A DNA stretch of 39,661 nucleotides from a bacterium (GTDB lineage Bacteria; Actinomycetota; Acidimicrobiia; Acidimicrobiales; CATQHL01). The position numbers were made by a program, and so were the translations under genes. The stretch spans positions 1 through 39,661 of the forward strand of contig JAPONU010000285.1 of NCBI GenBank assembly GCA_026713745.1. Reading direction: 5' to 3'. Of the stretch, positions 1 to 9,872 are shown piece by piece. Each line of letters opens with the position of its first letter. Within the stretch, counting starts at the first letter, position 1. The notes beneath the pieces are model-generated. The model made no database searches. It had not been told where the DNA came from and worked only from the letters and a program-made list of their open reading frames with translations.

Positions 1-6
1 CCGCGC

Positions 7-2031
7 TCACAGTTTGCGCGCCTGGCGGTGCCCCTCGAAGACGGCTTCGTACGTGGTGCGCGGGGCGATGGCGTCGCCGATCATCTCGGTGCTGACCCCG
101 CGGCGCCGCAGCGCGTGGTAGAGGTCGTTGTCGGACTGCCGGCCCGTGGCCATCACGACCCAGTCGGCGGGCAGCGTCGAGGTGATGTCGTTCACGTAGA
201 CGTTCAGGAAGTCCACGGCATCGCCCCGGATCTCCTTCACGAAGAGATCGGGCAGCACCTCGACTCCTGCCTCGTAGAGGTGCTGGCGGACCCAGAGGTA
301 ATACACCTCGGGGATCGTCTCCATGCCGATCATCGGCCATCGTGTCACGAGTTTCGTGTCACAGCCGGCGTTGGCCAGCTTGACGGCGGTGAGCGGCGCC
401 ATGGCGTCCTGGAGGTCGTCGATGACGATCACCGAACCCGACGGCTCGACGGCGCCTGTCGCCACGTCCACCCAGCTCACGCAGTTCCCGGTCTCCCAGC
501 CCGGCAGCGGCTGCGCCGTCTGACCCTGCCAGCCGTCGCGCCGGTAGTGCGAGCCGGTGGCCACGACCACGTGATCCGGCTGCTCCGCCGCCAACAGCGC
601 GTCGAGGTTGTCCTCGTCCACGTTCTCGCCGGTGCGGATGACGGCGCCGTTGCCGGCGGCCTGCGCCGCCAGCCACACCGCAATCTGGCCGTACTCGGAG
701 CGTTTGGGCAGCTGGGCGTGCCAGCGCACGTGCCCGCCGGTCTCGGCCTCCCGCTCGACCACCACCACCTCGTGTCCCCGCGCGGCAGCGATCCGGGCGT
801 ACTCCAGGCCGGCGGGGCCCCCGCCGATGACGAGCGCCTTGCGACCCGCGGCGACCGCGCTGAGGCTGCCTTCGCCCCACTGGCGCTCCCGGCCCACGAC
901 GGGGTTGTAGACGCACTGCACGCGCCCGCCGCTGATGACGCTGCGCCAGCAGTAGTTGGCGGCGACGCAACGGCGGATGTCGTCCTCGCGGCCCTCCCGG
1001 ACCTTCTGCACCCAGTGCTCGTCGGCGAAGAGCTGGCGGGCCAGCAGGATGGCGTCGGCCTCGTCGGCCTGCAGGATGTCCTCGGCGACACCGGGGTGGG
1101 TGATCCGCCCCACGAGCAGGACCGGCGTTTTCGTGACCTCCTTGACGGCCTTGGTGTAGCCGCGCTCCCAGCCGGGCTCGTAGGTCATCGGGGTGTGAAT
1201 GAACGAGTGGTGGACACCCGCGGAGATGTTCACATAGTCGATGTCGGAACGCTCGTCGAGGTCGGTCACGATCTGCTTGACGTCGTCCATCTCCAAGTCG
1301 CCGGGCCAGAACGAGGCGGAGTTGATGCGGTAGCCCACGAACTTGTCGTCACCGGCCGCGGCGCGGATGCTGGCCAGGGCCTCCAGCGAGAAGCGCAGGC
1401 GGTTCTCGTACGAGCCACCCCAGTCGTCGGTGCGGTGGTTGTAGAGCGGCGAGAGGAACTGCCACGGCAGGTAGCCGTGCGCCATGTGGAACTCCACGCC
1501 GTCCAGCCCGGCCTCGAAGGCCCGTCGGGCGGCGCTGCCGTAGGCCTCGATCATCTCGGCGATCTCGTGGTGCTCGATCTCCTTGGGCATGGGGGCGTTG
1601 GGATACTCCCCCGGTGGCACCTGGCTGGGCGCCACGTGCCACCACTCGGCGTCGTGGTCGTAGGCGGGGTCCTTGTTGACGACGTTCATGGCCCGCAGGC
1701 CGGGGTGCAGCAACTGGGTGACCAGGCGGGTGCCGTGGCGCTGGACGGCCTCGGCCACCCGGGCGAGTCCCTCGACCTGGGCGTCGTCCCAGAGGCCCGG
1801 GAAGTTCAGCTCCGAGTACAGCGCCTCCTTATGGATGATCGTCCCGCCGATGATGATCATGCCGAGCCCCGAGCGGGCGCGCTCCTCGTAGTAGGCCACC
1901 GCCTGGTCGGTGAAGATGCCCTCGGTGGGGTCGGCGACCCAGGTGGGGCAGGTGGGCGCGAAAACGACGCGATTGGGGACGGTCGTGTGGCGGATGCGCC
2001 ATTCGCTGAAGAGCTTGGGGTACGCGGTCAT
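7..2031 (-). CDS. OYE/TMADH-family FMN/FAD- and Fe-S-dependent oxidoreductase (amine dehydrogenase/demethylase-like)
   Basis: N-terminal OYE barrel (NRVVFAP, GLDGVEFHMAHGYL, NHRTDDWGGSYENRLRF), Fe-S motif CVAANYC-x11-C, Rossmann VIGGGPAGLE. Start moved to ATG 2031 (MTAYPKLF), which has GGAGG upstream. Confidence 0.9.
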   Translation of the reverse strand: MTAYPKLFSEWRIRHTTVPNRVVFAPTCPTWVADPTEGIFTDQAVAYYEERARSGLGMIIIGGTIIHKEALYSELNFPGLWDDAQVEGLARVAEAVQRHGTRLVTQLLHPGLRAMNVVNKDPAYDHDAEWWHVAPSQVPPGEYPNAPMPKEIEHHEIAEMIEAYGSAARRAFEAGLDGVEFHMAHGYLPWQFLSPLYNHRTDDWGGSYENRLRFSLEALASIRAAAGDDKFVGYRINSASFWPGDLEMDDVKQIVTDLDERSDIDYVNISAGVHHSFIHTPMTYEPGWERGYTKAVKEVTKTPVLLVGRITHPGVAEDILQADEADAILLARQLFADEHWVQKVREGREDDIRRCVAANYCWRSVISGGRVQCVYNPVVGRERQWGEGSLSAVAAGRKALVIGGGPAGLEYARIAAARGHEVVVVEREAETGGHVRWHAQLPKRSEYGQIAVWLAAQAAGNGAVIRTGENVDEDNLDALLAAEQPDHVVVATGSHYRRDGWQGQTAQPLPGWETGNCVSWVDVATGAVEPSGSVIVIDDLQDAMAPLTAVKLANAGCDTKLVTRWPMIGMETIPEVYYLWVRQHLYEAGVEVLPDLFVKEIRGDAVDFLNVYVNDITSTLPADWVVMATGRQSDNDLYHALRRRGVSTEMIGDAIAPRTTYEAVFEGHRQARKL

Positions 2032-2157
2032 TGGCCTGCCTCCGGTCCACTGGGACTCGTCGGGACGGCCCACCGCCGTGGCGCGAGGGGCCACCCACGC
2101 AGGAAAACTAGTCACATTGATCGCTCCCGGCGAACCGAGCCCGCCGGAACGAGCAGA

Positions 2158-3708
2158 TCAGAAGAGCAGTTGCTCGAATTCGGAAATGGACTCCAACTCG
2201 GGGACCACTCCGAGTGCTCCACCCCCACCGGGGAGGGCATGGGAAGCCACGAGCGGCTCGCTGGCGCTGAAACGCAGCGCGGACGCGCCCTCGGGCAGGC
2301 GATTGGCGAAATCCAGCAGCAGCCTCTGGCGAGGGCGGATCTCAACGTCGCTGAATTCGCCCAGCCGCACCCAGCCGGTGCCGGTGAGCGCCTCCAGGGA
2401 CAGGCGGCTGATCGTTTCCAGAGAGGGGTTCACCAGCGACACCAGGTGCCGGTCGCTGCCGTCGCGCCCCAGCAGGAACACGCCTCGCCGGGTGCCGGCG
2501 GCGCGTCCGGCGAGTATCGAGACCTCGCCCTGCGCACCTGCCTCGACGGTGCGCAACCGCTCTGCGACGACAGCCACGCCGTTGAAGGAACGCACGCTCA
2601 CCCAGTACTTCTCGCTGGGCGGGACGCGACTCGTGGCCGCCACGACGTCGACGCCGGAGACCGGGTGTGCTTTACCGGCCCCCGGCGGGAGGAACGTGAC
2701 TTCGACGCGCTGGCCCGGCGGGACCGTGAGTTCGAACGGCGGCACCCCCCGCGCCTGCAGCGACGCGTCGACCTCGACAGCCAGGTCGACCCTCGCTTCG
2801 AGAGCACTGGGGTTGTAGACGACGAACGAGTTGGCGCCCCCTGCCGAGGCGCCCGCCACTCCCAGCGGGAACAGCCACTGCTCCTCCGGGCGCGGGGACC
2901 CGGCGCGCACCGAGACGCCGGCGAGACCGAGGTCACCGTTGAAGGTCTGCAGCGCAGACGCCAGCAGGCTGCCGCTACGAGCGACCACCGAGAACGAGAC
3001 CTGCTGCCGCCGGGTCACCTCAGTGCCGAGGTCCAGGACCACCAGTGAGCCGGCGGGCACCACCACGCCCTGGTAGGCCACCGGCTCGCGGCGCCCGTCG
3101 TCGGCGGCGAAGGTGAGATCGGCGACCGCGTCATCGGAGAAGGGATTCAGCAAGGACAGCCGCACCCGCGCATCGCGCCGCGTACTGGCCACGGCGAAGT
3201 GCCAATCCGGAGATGTGGCGGTCGGACAGGCTCCGCCATTGCTGGTACCGGCATCGATGACGTCCTGCATCACCACGCCACCGGCGCCGTCGAGACGCAC
3301 CTCGGCGGCAACGAACACCTCAGCGAAACTCGACAGTTCCGGCGCCACCTGCATGACCGTCGCCGCAGGGTCGAAGTCGACACGCGAGTAGGGCGCCACG
3401 ACGAGGTCGACCTGCGCCGCGGGCCACTGCTGGGACTGCCCGCCCAGTGGGATGGCCGCGAATAGGCGCGCGGCGCCGTGGAGTTCGCTCCCCGAGGTGT
3501 TCACGATGCTGACCTGCTGGTTGGATCGGTCGACACCGCTCACGCCACCGACACAGAACCAGCTGTCACCACCGGCAGAGGAGTAGCCCCCGTGGGCGCC
3601 CCCGGCCACGATCTCCGGCGGCTCGGTGGCAACGCTCCGTGCCGCCCAGTCGGTGACCGCAAGCGCCACCACAGCAGCCATCAGAGCCAGGATCGCCGGC
3701 CAACGCAC
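2158..3708 (-). CDS. DUF5719-like secreted/membrane-anchored protein
   Basis: N-terminal hydrophobic helix, WFC and C-x5-W-x-F motifs, repeated 'LxLxNP' beta-domains. Lies directly downstream of the membrane GT2 as in the conserved actinobacterial pair. GTG 3708 sits 1 nt after the GT2 stop. Confidence 0.75.
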   Translation of the reverse strand: MRWPAILALMAAVVALAVTDWAARSVATEPPEIVAGGAHGGYSSAGGDSWFCVGGVSGVDRSNQQVSIVNTSGSELHGAARLFAAIPLGGQSQQWPAAQVDLVVAPYSRVDFDPAATVMQVAPELSSFAEVFVAAEVRLDGAGGVVMQDVIDAGTSNGGACPTATSPDWHFAVASTRRDARVRLSLLNPFSDDAVADLTFAADDGRREPVAYQGVVVPAGSLVVLDLGTEVTRRQQVSFSVVARSGSLLASALQTFNGDLGLAGVSVRAGSPRPEEQWLFPLGVAGASAGGANSFVVYNPSALEARVDLAVEVDASLQARGVPPFELTVPPGQRVEVTFLPPGAGKAHPVSGVDVVAATSRVPPSEKYWVSVRSFNGVAVVAERLRTVEAGAQGEVSILAGRAAGTRRGVFLLGRDGSDRHLVSLVNPSLETISRLSLEALTGTGWVRLGEFSDVEIRPRQRLLLDFANRLPEGASALRFSASEPLVASHALPGGGGALGVVPELESISEFEQLLF

Positions 3709-3709
3709 G

Positions 3710-6700
3710 TCAGGACTCCCGGCGTGCCCGGGCCAGCAGCGCCGAGACCACCTCATCGGACGCTCGGTGTTCCTCGACCGGTTCGGGCGCAGCGCCGCCC
3801 CCGAACCGCGAGGACCGGCGACGCAGCAGCGCCAGCGGCACCAGGACGACCACGAGGGCCCACAGGACGATGCGCGTCACGTTCGCGGCGGCCGTCTCGT
3901 GACGGAGTGTCGCTTCACCACCGCCGGCGGTCGGGAAGCTCTGCGCCCATCCCAGCGCCCGTTCAGGCTCGATTCTGGACCCGCCCACGCGGAGCACCCA
4001 ACCATCGGCGGCGTCGGCTAGATAGAGCGTGCCGCCCGGCGGCAGAACTCCGCGCGCGGTCGCCGGAGAGTCGAAGTCGGGCAGGGCCAGGTTCGGCGGG
4101 GAGGCGAACGCCCCCGGAGTCACCTCACCTGCGCCCGCAAGGAGCGTGCGAGACGGGCGCCAGGCGGTGTTCCGATACACCCCCAGACCCGCGCGGGACT
4201 CCTGCCTCTCGAGGTCGAATTGCGCACCCAAACGGGCTCCCACCAGGGGCTGCACCGGTTCGACGAGGTCTCCGAACGGTTCCGGGGCAATCCGTTCCAT
4301 GACGACCACGTAACGCACCCCGAGCGGGGCCAACCGCTCCCCCACCCGGTCGGTTCCCCCCGACATCATCTCCCGCCAGACATCTCTCAGCCGTTCAGCC
4401 TCCGGCGGCCGCGGCCCGGGCCACTGCAGGCCCAGGTCGGGCGGCGCGGAGGTGGAGGTGGCGAACACCAGGCGATCGTCGAGTTCCCAGCCACCCAGGG
4501 GCAGAACGTCGGGGTGGCCGACCCAGAGGATCCGGAAGGCACCCAACCGGGACTCCTCTTCGACCGCGGCCAGCGGTGTTGTGAAATCCCCCCGGGGCAT
4601 GCCCCAGCGTCCATCGAGGGTCAAGGCCAGCGCGGGGACGCCGCCGACCACCAGGGCCGCCAACCCGACCCCGACCGGAAGCCACCGCAGCGGGCGCCTC
4701 TTGGCCGCACCGCGGGAGGTGCCCGCCGCACCGACGCCGACGGCGAGTGCCAGCCCGAACGCCGCCGGTGCAAGCAGAACCTCCGGGCGCGGGAGACCCC
4801 AGGGGCTCCAGCCGTGCTCGGCCACCAGCGTCACCAGAACTGACACAACCACCAGACACCACGCCCGCACGACCCACGCGAAGCCGCTCTCCCGGGCCAA
4901 GCACAGCGCCAGCAACGCCGCGACCAGCAACCCCCACACCAGCGTGCTCTCAACAGCTGAGCCGGTGGCGAAGCGCAGCATCTCCGCGACGGTCAGATCG
5001 ACGGAGGGATCGGGGCGCGCCCCGCCGGCCTCGAAGACTTCTCGGAGCGAGGTGGGTGACGCCGGCCAATTCAGCAGCCAGCCCGCCACGAGCCCACCGG
5101 CAGCGGCGGCGAGCAAGTGACCCAACCGGCGGGTCGACCCGGAGAGCAGGCCCCCTAATGCCAGTGCCGCGACCAGCATCACCAGCATCACAGGCGTCAC
5201 GGGTACAAAAGCCCACACCAGAGCCAAGAGCGCCCCAACGAGCACCGTCGGAAGCCAGAAGCTCGTCGCCGGCGGCGCCTCCTCAGCGCGCAGAACCCTT
5301 GCCAGCCAAAGGCAGATCCACGGCAGGGTTCCGTAGACCGCCAGCGCGCTCCAGACCCCGTTGGCCAGGGAGTTGTAGGGCAATGGCATGGCAAAGAAGG
5401 CCACCAGGCCCACGATCTGCGCCCGACGACTGCCCGTCGTCGCCAGCAGGCGCCAGAGCCCTACGGCGCCGAACGGAACGAGCCCCAGCACGAGCACGGT
5501 GCGCGTCATGCCCATCGCGCCCAGCAGCACCGAACCGGCCACACCAACGATGCCGTAGGCGGTCGGGGCGGGTCCGTCGGCTCCCAGCCCCGCCTCCCGC
5601 CAGTTGCTGAAGAACGACCTGAAGAGGTCGCCGGACGAGTCTCCGAGCAGCGCTATCTCGCCGAACACCGGGATCCCCCGTGTCAGGAGGTGCCGGCTCC
5701 CGAAAATGAAGAGCACCAGGACGACAGTCCAGCCCGCGGCCGCCGTCTGGACCGATAAATCGCGCACGGCGTCCCCGAAGCGACGCCGCCGACCCCAGAG
5801 CACCCCGGCGCCCTCGACGGTTGACTCGCCCCTCGCCAAGCTGCCGGCAAAACGCGCCAGCGAGACGTACCCGCTGTGCGTGAGGCGCCCGACGCGGTCA
5901 CCGCCGGCCGTGGGGGCCACACGACGTCGCCTGCTGACGATCTCCGCCAGACCGAGCAGGTTCCACAACCAGGCCCCGACCAACGCCGCGGCGCGCCGCA
6001 GGTGCCCGGTCAGCACCGCGAGGGTCGCCTCGAGAACCGTCAGCGCCAGCATCAGCGCCACTTCGCCGGCGAGGTGGGAAGCCTTGGCGCACACGAGCAC
6101 CGACCGGAGTTGGTGCCGGAGGGCGAGCCACTCGTGATCGCGGCGCCCCCGCCGCTCCGCCAGACGCCCCCGGTGACGGACGCTCGCCTCGGGCACCACC
6201 AGCACGGTCTCGCCGTCCTGCCCCGCCCGGCGGCACAGGTCCAGATCCTCGCCGTGGAATGTCATCGCGCCGTCGAACCCGTCGAGCCGATCGAACACCT
6301 CGGCCCGGATAAGCAGGCAAGCGCTGGGAACGGCGAGCACCTCGGCGACCTCGTCGTGTTGTCCCTGGTCGTACTCGCCCGCGGTGACCAGCGGCACCGG
6401 GACCCCCATCCGGTCCGCCGAGAGCCCCACGCATTGCAGGAATCTGGAATTGTCCCAGTCCACGAGCTTCGGGCCTGCCACGCCGGCACCGCGCCGCACC
6501 GCCTCGTCCACAAGACGCGCGACCGCATCGGGACTCAGCGCCACGTCGTCGTGGCAGATCAGCAGGAACGCGGTGCCGGCCACTGCGGCCGCTGCGGCGG
6601 GGACGCGCTGCACGGGACCCGTCGCCGAGCCCGGGTCGCCGAGGCGGTCCTTCCCGATGAGCATGCGAGCGGCCGCGTTGACCGCTGGGCCGAACCCGGG

Positions 6701-6967
6701 GTTGCCCGGCACGACCATGACGGTGGCGTCGGGCATCACCTCCGCCACCCTGGCGGCCACCTCCGTGGGAGCGCCGCCGGCCGCCTCGCCATCCCCCGAG
6801 ACATCCACCACCGTGACCGACAGCGCGGCGTAGTCCTGGTCCCGCAGAGACTGCAGGGTCTCGTCGAACCAGTCCCCGGGATCGTGGGCAACCACGATGG
6901 CGCGAACCGGTGGCCCGATCCTGCCGAGGCGGTCGGTTGGCACAGCGGTGGCGTCCGACGATTCCAC
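3710..6967 (-). CDS. Family 2 glycosyltransferase fused to a large multi-TM domain
   Basis: GT-A motifs (AIVVAHD, NPGFGPAVN, LLICHDDV, GEDLDLC) followed by many TM helices. Start uncertain; GTG 6967 chosen to avoid overlap with cofD. Confidence 0.85.
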   Translation of the reverse strand: MESSDATAVPTDRLGRIGPPVRAIVVAHDPGDWFDETLQSLRDQDYAALSVTVVDVSGDGEAAGGAPTEVAARVAEVMPDATVMVVPGNPGFGPAVNAAARMLIGKDRLGDPGSATGPVQRVPAAAAAVAGTAFLLICHDDVALSPDAVARLVDEAVRRGAGVAGPKLVDWDNSRFLQCVGLSADRMGVPVPLVTAGEYDQGQHDEVAEVLAVPSACLLIRAEVFDRLDGFDGAMTFHGEDLDLCRRAGQDGETVLVVPEASVRHRGRLAERRGRRDHEWLALRHQLRSVLVCAKASHLAGEVALMLALTVLEATLAVLTGHLRRAAALVGAWLWNLLGLAEIVSRRRRVAPTAGGDRVGRLTHSGYVSLARFAGSLARGESTVEGAGVLWGRRRRFGDAVRDLSVQTAAAGWTVVLVLFIFGSRHLLTRGIPVFGEIALLGDSSGDLFRSFFSNWREAGLGADGPAPTAYGIVGVAGSVLLGAMGMTRTVLVLGLVPFGAVGLWRLLATTGSRRAQIVGLVAFFAMPLPYNSLANGVWSALAVYGTLPWICLWLARVLRAEEAPPATSFWLPTVLVGALLALVWAFVPVTPVMLVMLVAALALGGLLSGSTRRLGHLLAAAAGGLVAGWLLNWPASPTSLREVFEAGGARPDPSVDLTVAEMLRFATGSAVESTLVWGLLVAALLALCLARESGFAWVVRAWCLVVVSVLVTLVAEHGWSPWGLPRPEVLLAPAAFGLALAVGVGAAGTSRGAAKRRPLRWLPVGVGLAALVVGGVPALALTLDGRWGMPRGDFTTPLAAVEEESRLGAFRILWVGHPDVLPLGGWELDDRLVFATSTSAPPDLGLQWPGPRPPEAERLRDVWREMMSGGTDRVGERLAPLGVRYVVVMERIAPEPFGDLVEPVQPLVGARLGAQFDLERQESRAGLGVYRNTAWRPSRTLLAGAGEVTPGAFASPPNLALPDFDSPATARGVLPPGGTLYLADAADGWVLRVGGSRIEPERALGWAQSFPTAGGGEATLRHETAAANVTRIVLWALVVVLVPLALLRRRSSRFGGGAAPEPVEEHRASDEVVSALLARARRES

Positions 6968-7008
6968 TAGGGTGCGAGGGTATCTCCGGCGCATCGGACA
7001 GGAGGGCC

Positions 7009-8010
7009 ATGCCGCCACCAACCAGGCCGGGCCCCCACGTCACGGTCCTGGCCGGCGGATTCGGTGCGGCCCGACTTCTGGACGGTCTGGTCCGCCTATT
7101 TGAACCGCGCACGGTGACCGCGGTCGTGAACTGCGGCGACGACATCGTGCTGGGTGGCCTGCACATCAGCCCCGACCTGGACACCATCACGTACTGCCTT
7201 GCCGGCGAGTTGAACCCCGAAACCGGTTGGGGACTGCGGGACGAGTCGTGGCATGCACTGGAGACGCTGCGCCGCCTCGGCGGCCCGAGTTGGTTCGGGC
7301 TGGGCGACCGCGACCTGGGAACCCACCTGTACCGGACGCAGCGGCTTGCCGAGGGCACCCCCCTGTCGGTCGTGACCGCCGAATTGACCGCCCGCTGGGG
7401 AGTCGAGGTGCGGCTCCTGCCGGTGACCGACGACCGCCTGCGGACGCGCGTCACCATCGACGACGACACCGCCGCGCGCCCCGGTGACGCGACCACCGAA
7501 ATCGGCTTCCAGGAGTACTTCGTGCGCCTGCGTCACGAGGTCGCGGTCCGCTCCGTGCGGTTCGCCGGTGCCGACCATGCCCGGCCGGCACCGGGCGTCC
7601 TCGATGCCATCGCCGGTGCGGCCGCCGTGATCATCGCCCCGTCCAACCCGATCGTCTCCATCGGGCCGCTGCTGGCGCTGCGCGACGTGCGCCATGCGGT
7701 GATGCGGCGCCGGGAACAGACGGTGGCGATCTCGCCAATCGTGGCGGGCGCCGCGCTGCGGGGACCCGCCGGGCGGCTCATGTCCGAATTGGGCCACGAG
7801 TCGTCGGTCGCCGGCGTGGCCCGGATGTACACCCCGCTTGCAGGGACGCTGGTGATCGACGAGGCGGACGCCTCGCGCGCCACGGCGGTGGAAGCCGAAG
7901 GGATGCGCTGCATCGTGACGCCGTCGATCATGCACACGCCTGCTGACGCCGCGGCGCTGGCCCGGACGGCACTGGCGGGAATCGGCGACGCTGCGCCGGC
8001 GCTCCGCTGA
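7009..8010 (+). CDS. cofD: 2-phospho-L-lactate (PEP) transferase, F420 biosynthesis
   Basis: VLAGGFGAARLL, VNCGDD, ISPDLDT, WFGLGDRDLGTH, FQEYFV, APSNPIVSIGP. GGAGGG before ATG 7009. Confidence 0.96.
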   Translation: MPPPTRPGPHVTVLAGGFGAARLLDGLVRLFEPRTVTAVVNCGDDIVLGGLHISPDLDTITYCLAGELNPETGWGLRDESWHALETLRRLGGPSWFGLGDRDLGTHLYRTQRLAEGTPLSVVTAELTARWGVEVRLLPVTDDRLRTRVTIDDDTAARPGDATTEIGFQEYFVRLRHEVAVRSVRFAGADHARPAPGVLDAIAGAAAVIIAPSNPIVSIGPLLALRDVRHAVMRRREQTVAISPIVAGAALRGPAGRLMSELGHESSVAGVARMYTPLAGTLVIDEADASRATAVEAEGMRCIVTPSIMHTPADAAALARTALAGIGDAAPALR

Positions 8011-8018
8011 CCGCGACC

Positions 8019-8729
8019 ATGCACACCGGCGACAACTCTCTCATGATCTCGGGAATCAGCGGGATCGGGGAGGTACGACCCGGCGACGACCTCGGCGCCA
8101 TCATCTCCGCCGCCGCCGACCTCGGTGAGCGCGACATCGTGGTGGTGACCCAGAAGATCGTCTCGAAGGCCGAGGGGCGCCTGGTGGAGGTGGATCACGG
8201 CGACACCGCGGCGCGCCGGCGGGTCGTGGAGAATGAATCGGTCCGCGTGCTGCGCCGTCGCGGTGAACTCATCATCGCCGAGACGACTCACGGATTCGTG
8301 TGTGCCAACGCCGGCGTTGATTTCTCCAATGTTCCCGACGGGCAGGCAGCCCTGCTGCCTCGCGACCCCGACCGGTCCGCGCTGCGGATCCGCGACGGGA
8401 TCAGGGCGGCCGGCGGGCCCGCCACCGGCGTCGTCGTATCCGACACGTTCGGGCGACCGTGGCGGCGCGGCCTGACCGATGTCGCGATCGGCTGCGCCGG
8501 CGTGCTGGCCGTGCTCGACCTCCGCGGCACCGAAGACGCCGGCGGCCGCGAGTTGCAGGTCACCGAGGTGGCCATAGCCGACGAGCTCGCCGCCGCGGCC
8601 GAACTGGTGATGGGCAAGAACCGCGGCATTCCCGCCGCGGTCGTCCGCGGCGCTCCGGACGCCTGGTTCGGTGACGGCAGGGTGGTACGGGATCTCTCCC
8701 GTCCGGCTGCCGACGATCTCTTCCGCTGA
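8019..8729 (+). CDS. cofE: Coenzyme F420-0:L-glutamate ligase (short form)
   Basis: GEVRPGDDL, VVTQKIVSKAEGR, ANAGVDFSN, SDTFGRPWRRG, IADELAAAA, C-terminal DLFR. Adjacent to cofD. Confidence 0.95.
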   Translation: MHTGDNSLMISGISGIGEVRPGDDLGAIISAAADLGERDIVVVTQKIVSKAEGRLVEVDHGDTAARRRVVENESVRVLRRRGELIIAETTHGFVCANAGVDFSNVPDGQAALLPRDPDRSALRIRDGIRAAGGPATGVVVSDTFGRPWRRGLTDVAIGCAGVLAVLDLRGTEDAGGRELQVTEVAIADELAAAAELVMGKNRGIPAAVVRGAPDAWFGDGRVVRDLSRPAADDLFR

Positions 8730-8741
8730 GCCCGCAGCGCC

Positions 8742-9794
8742 TCAGCGGGCCGGGTCGCCCTGGTGGCGACCGCCGTGCAGCGACTCGCCGGCCGCCACAG
8801 CAGCGCCGTCACCGAGCAGCGTGAAACCGGCCACCCGCGCCCCCGGGCCCACGACCGCGTCGTAGCCGACCACGGAGTCGGCGACGACAGCGCCGGCGCC
8901 GATCCTTCCCCCCGGCAGGACGACCGAACTGTCGAGGCGTGCGCCAGCCTCGACGGTGGCCCGTTCCATGACGACGCTCCCGGCGACCTCGGCCCCCGGC
9001 GATACCTCCGCCCGGGGGCTCACCGCTCCCAGGGTGACAGCGCGGCGTCCCGAGGTGAGGTCGATGTTGGCCTGCAAGTACGAAGCGGGCGTGCCCGCGT
9101 CGATCCAGTAGGCGTCGGAATTGAGCGCGTACAGCGCGCCGTCGGCAGCCACAGCCGCAAAGGTCTCACGCTCCATGGAGACCGGCCGACCCGGCCGGAT
9201 CCTCGCCAGTACCGACGGTTCGAGAACGTAGACGCCGGCGTTGATCCAGCCGCTCGTCACCCTTCCGCTCGCCGGCTTCTCCACGAACCGCGAGACGCGC
9301 CCCGTGTCGTCGGACTCCACCAGCCCGTAGCGCGAGGCGTCGGCCATCGGGATCGTCAGGATGGTCGCCTCGGCGCCCCGTGCCCGGTGCAGGGCCAGCA
9401 ACTCGCTGAACGGAGCATCGGTCAGCACATCGCCGTTGAGCGCCCAGAACGTCTCCGAGAACGGGTCGCCGCCACCTGCTCGGCCATTCCCGCCGGCCGC
9501 CCGGTGGGCCGCAAACAGGATCGCCCCGGCCGTGCCCAGCGGATCGGGTTCGGTGGCGTAGCGGAGCCCGGCACCCCCGCAGCGTCCCGAGGGATACGCC
9601 ACCCCGAAGGCATCGGGCCGGTAGCCGAGTGACAGCACGACGTCGTCCACGCCCTCGCGGGCCAGCTTCGCCACCACGTGCTCGATCATCGGCCGGTCCA
9701 CGATCGGCAGCATCTGCTTGGGTCGCATGTCGGTGAGCGGCCGCAGCCGCGTCCCCAACCCACCGGCGAGCACGATGGCGGACCGGGGACTCAT
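8742..9794 (-). CDS. NDP-sugar synthase (mannose-1-phosphate guanylyltransferase-like)
   Basis: AIVLAGGLGTRLRPLT..PKQMLPI, EPDPLGTAGA, LNGD, FVEKP, INAGVY, WIDAGTP and a C-terminal hexapeptide beta-helix. Confidence 0.88.
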   Translation of the reverse strand: MSPRSAIVLAGGLGTRLRPLTDMRPKQMLPIVDRPMIEHVVAKLAREGVDDVVLSLGYRPDAFGVAYPSGRCGGAGLRYATEPDPLGTAGAILFAAHRAAGGNGRAGGGDPFSETFWALNGDVLTDAPFSELLALHRARGAEATILTIPMADASRYGLVESDDTGRVSRFVEKPASGRVTSGWINAGVYVLEPSVLARIRPGRPVSMERETFAAVAADGALYALNSDAYWIDAGTPASYLQANIDLTSGRRAVTLGAVSPRAEVSPGAEVAGSVVMERATVEAGARLDSSVVLPGGRIGAGAVVADSVVGYDAVVGPGARVAGFTLLGDGAAVAAGESLHGGRHQGDPAR

Positions 9795-9872
9795 CGGGAC
9801 TGACACGGGCCGCTCCGGCGTGCGGTCAGCGCTGCGCCGGCATGGTCCGAAGAGGTCTCCGGCGCCCGCCGC

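Noticed and set aside
7-2031. Mycofactocin-system OYE oxidoreductase
   Set aside because: No mft genes are visible and the motifs do not specifically support it.
28-3048. 1006-aa plus-strand ORF and other long antisense ORFs (e.g. 17070-19067, 14110-16056, 20812-22164, 36568-38115)
   Set aside because: Shadow frames of well-supported genes in high-GC DNA, with no recognisable motifs.
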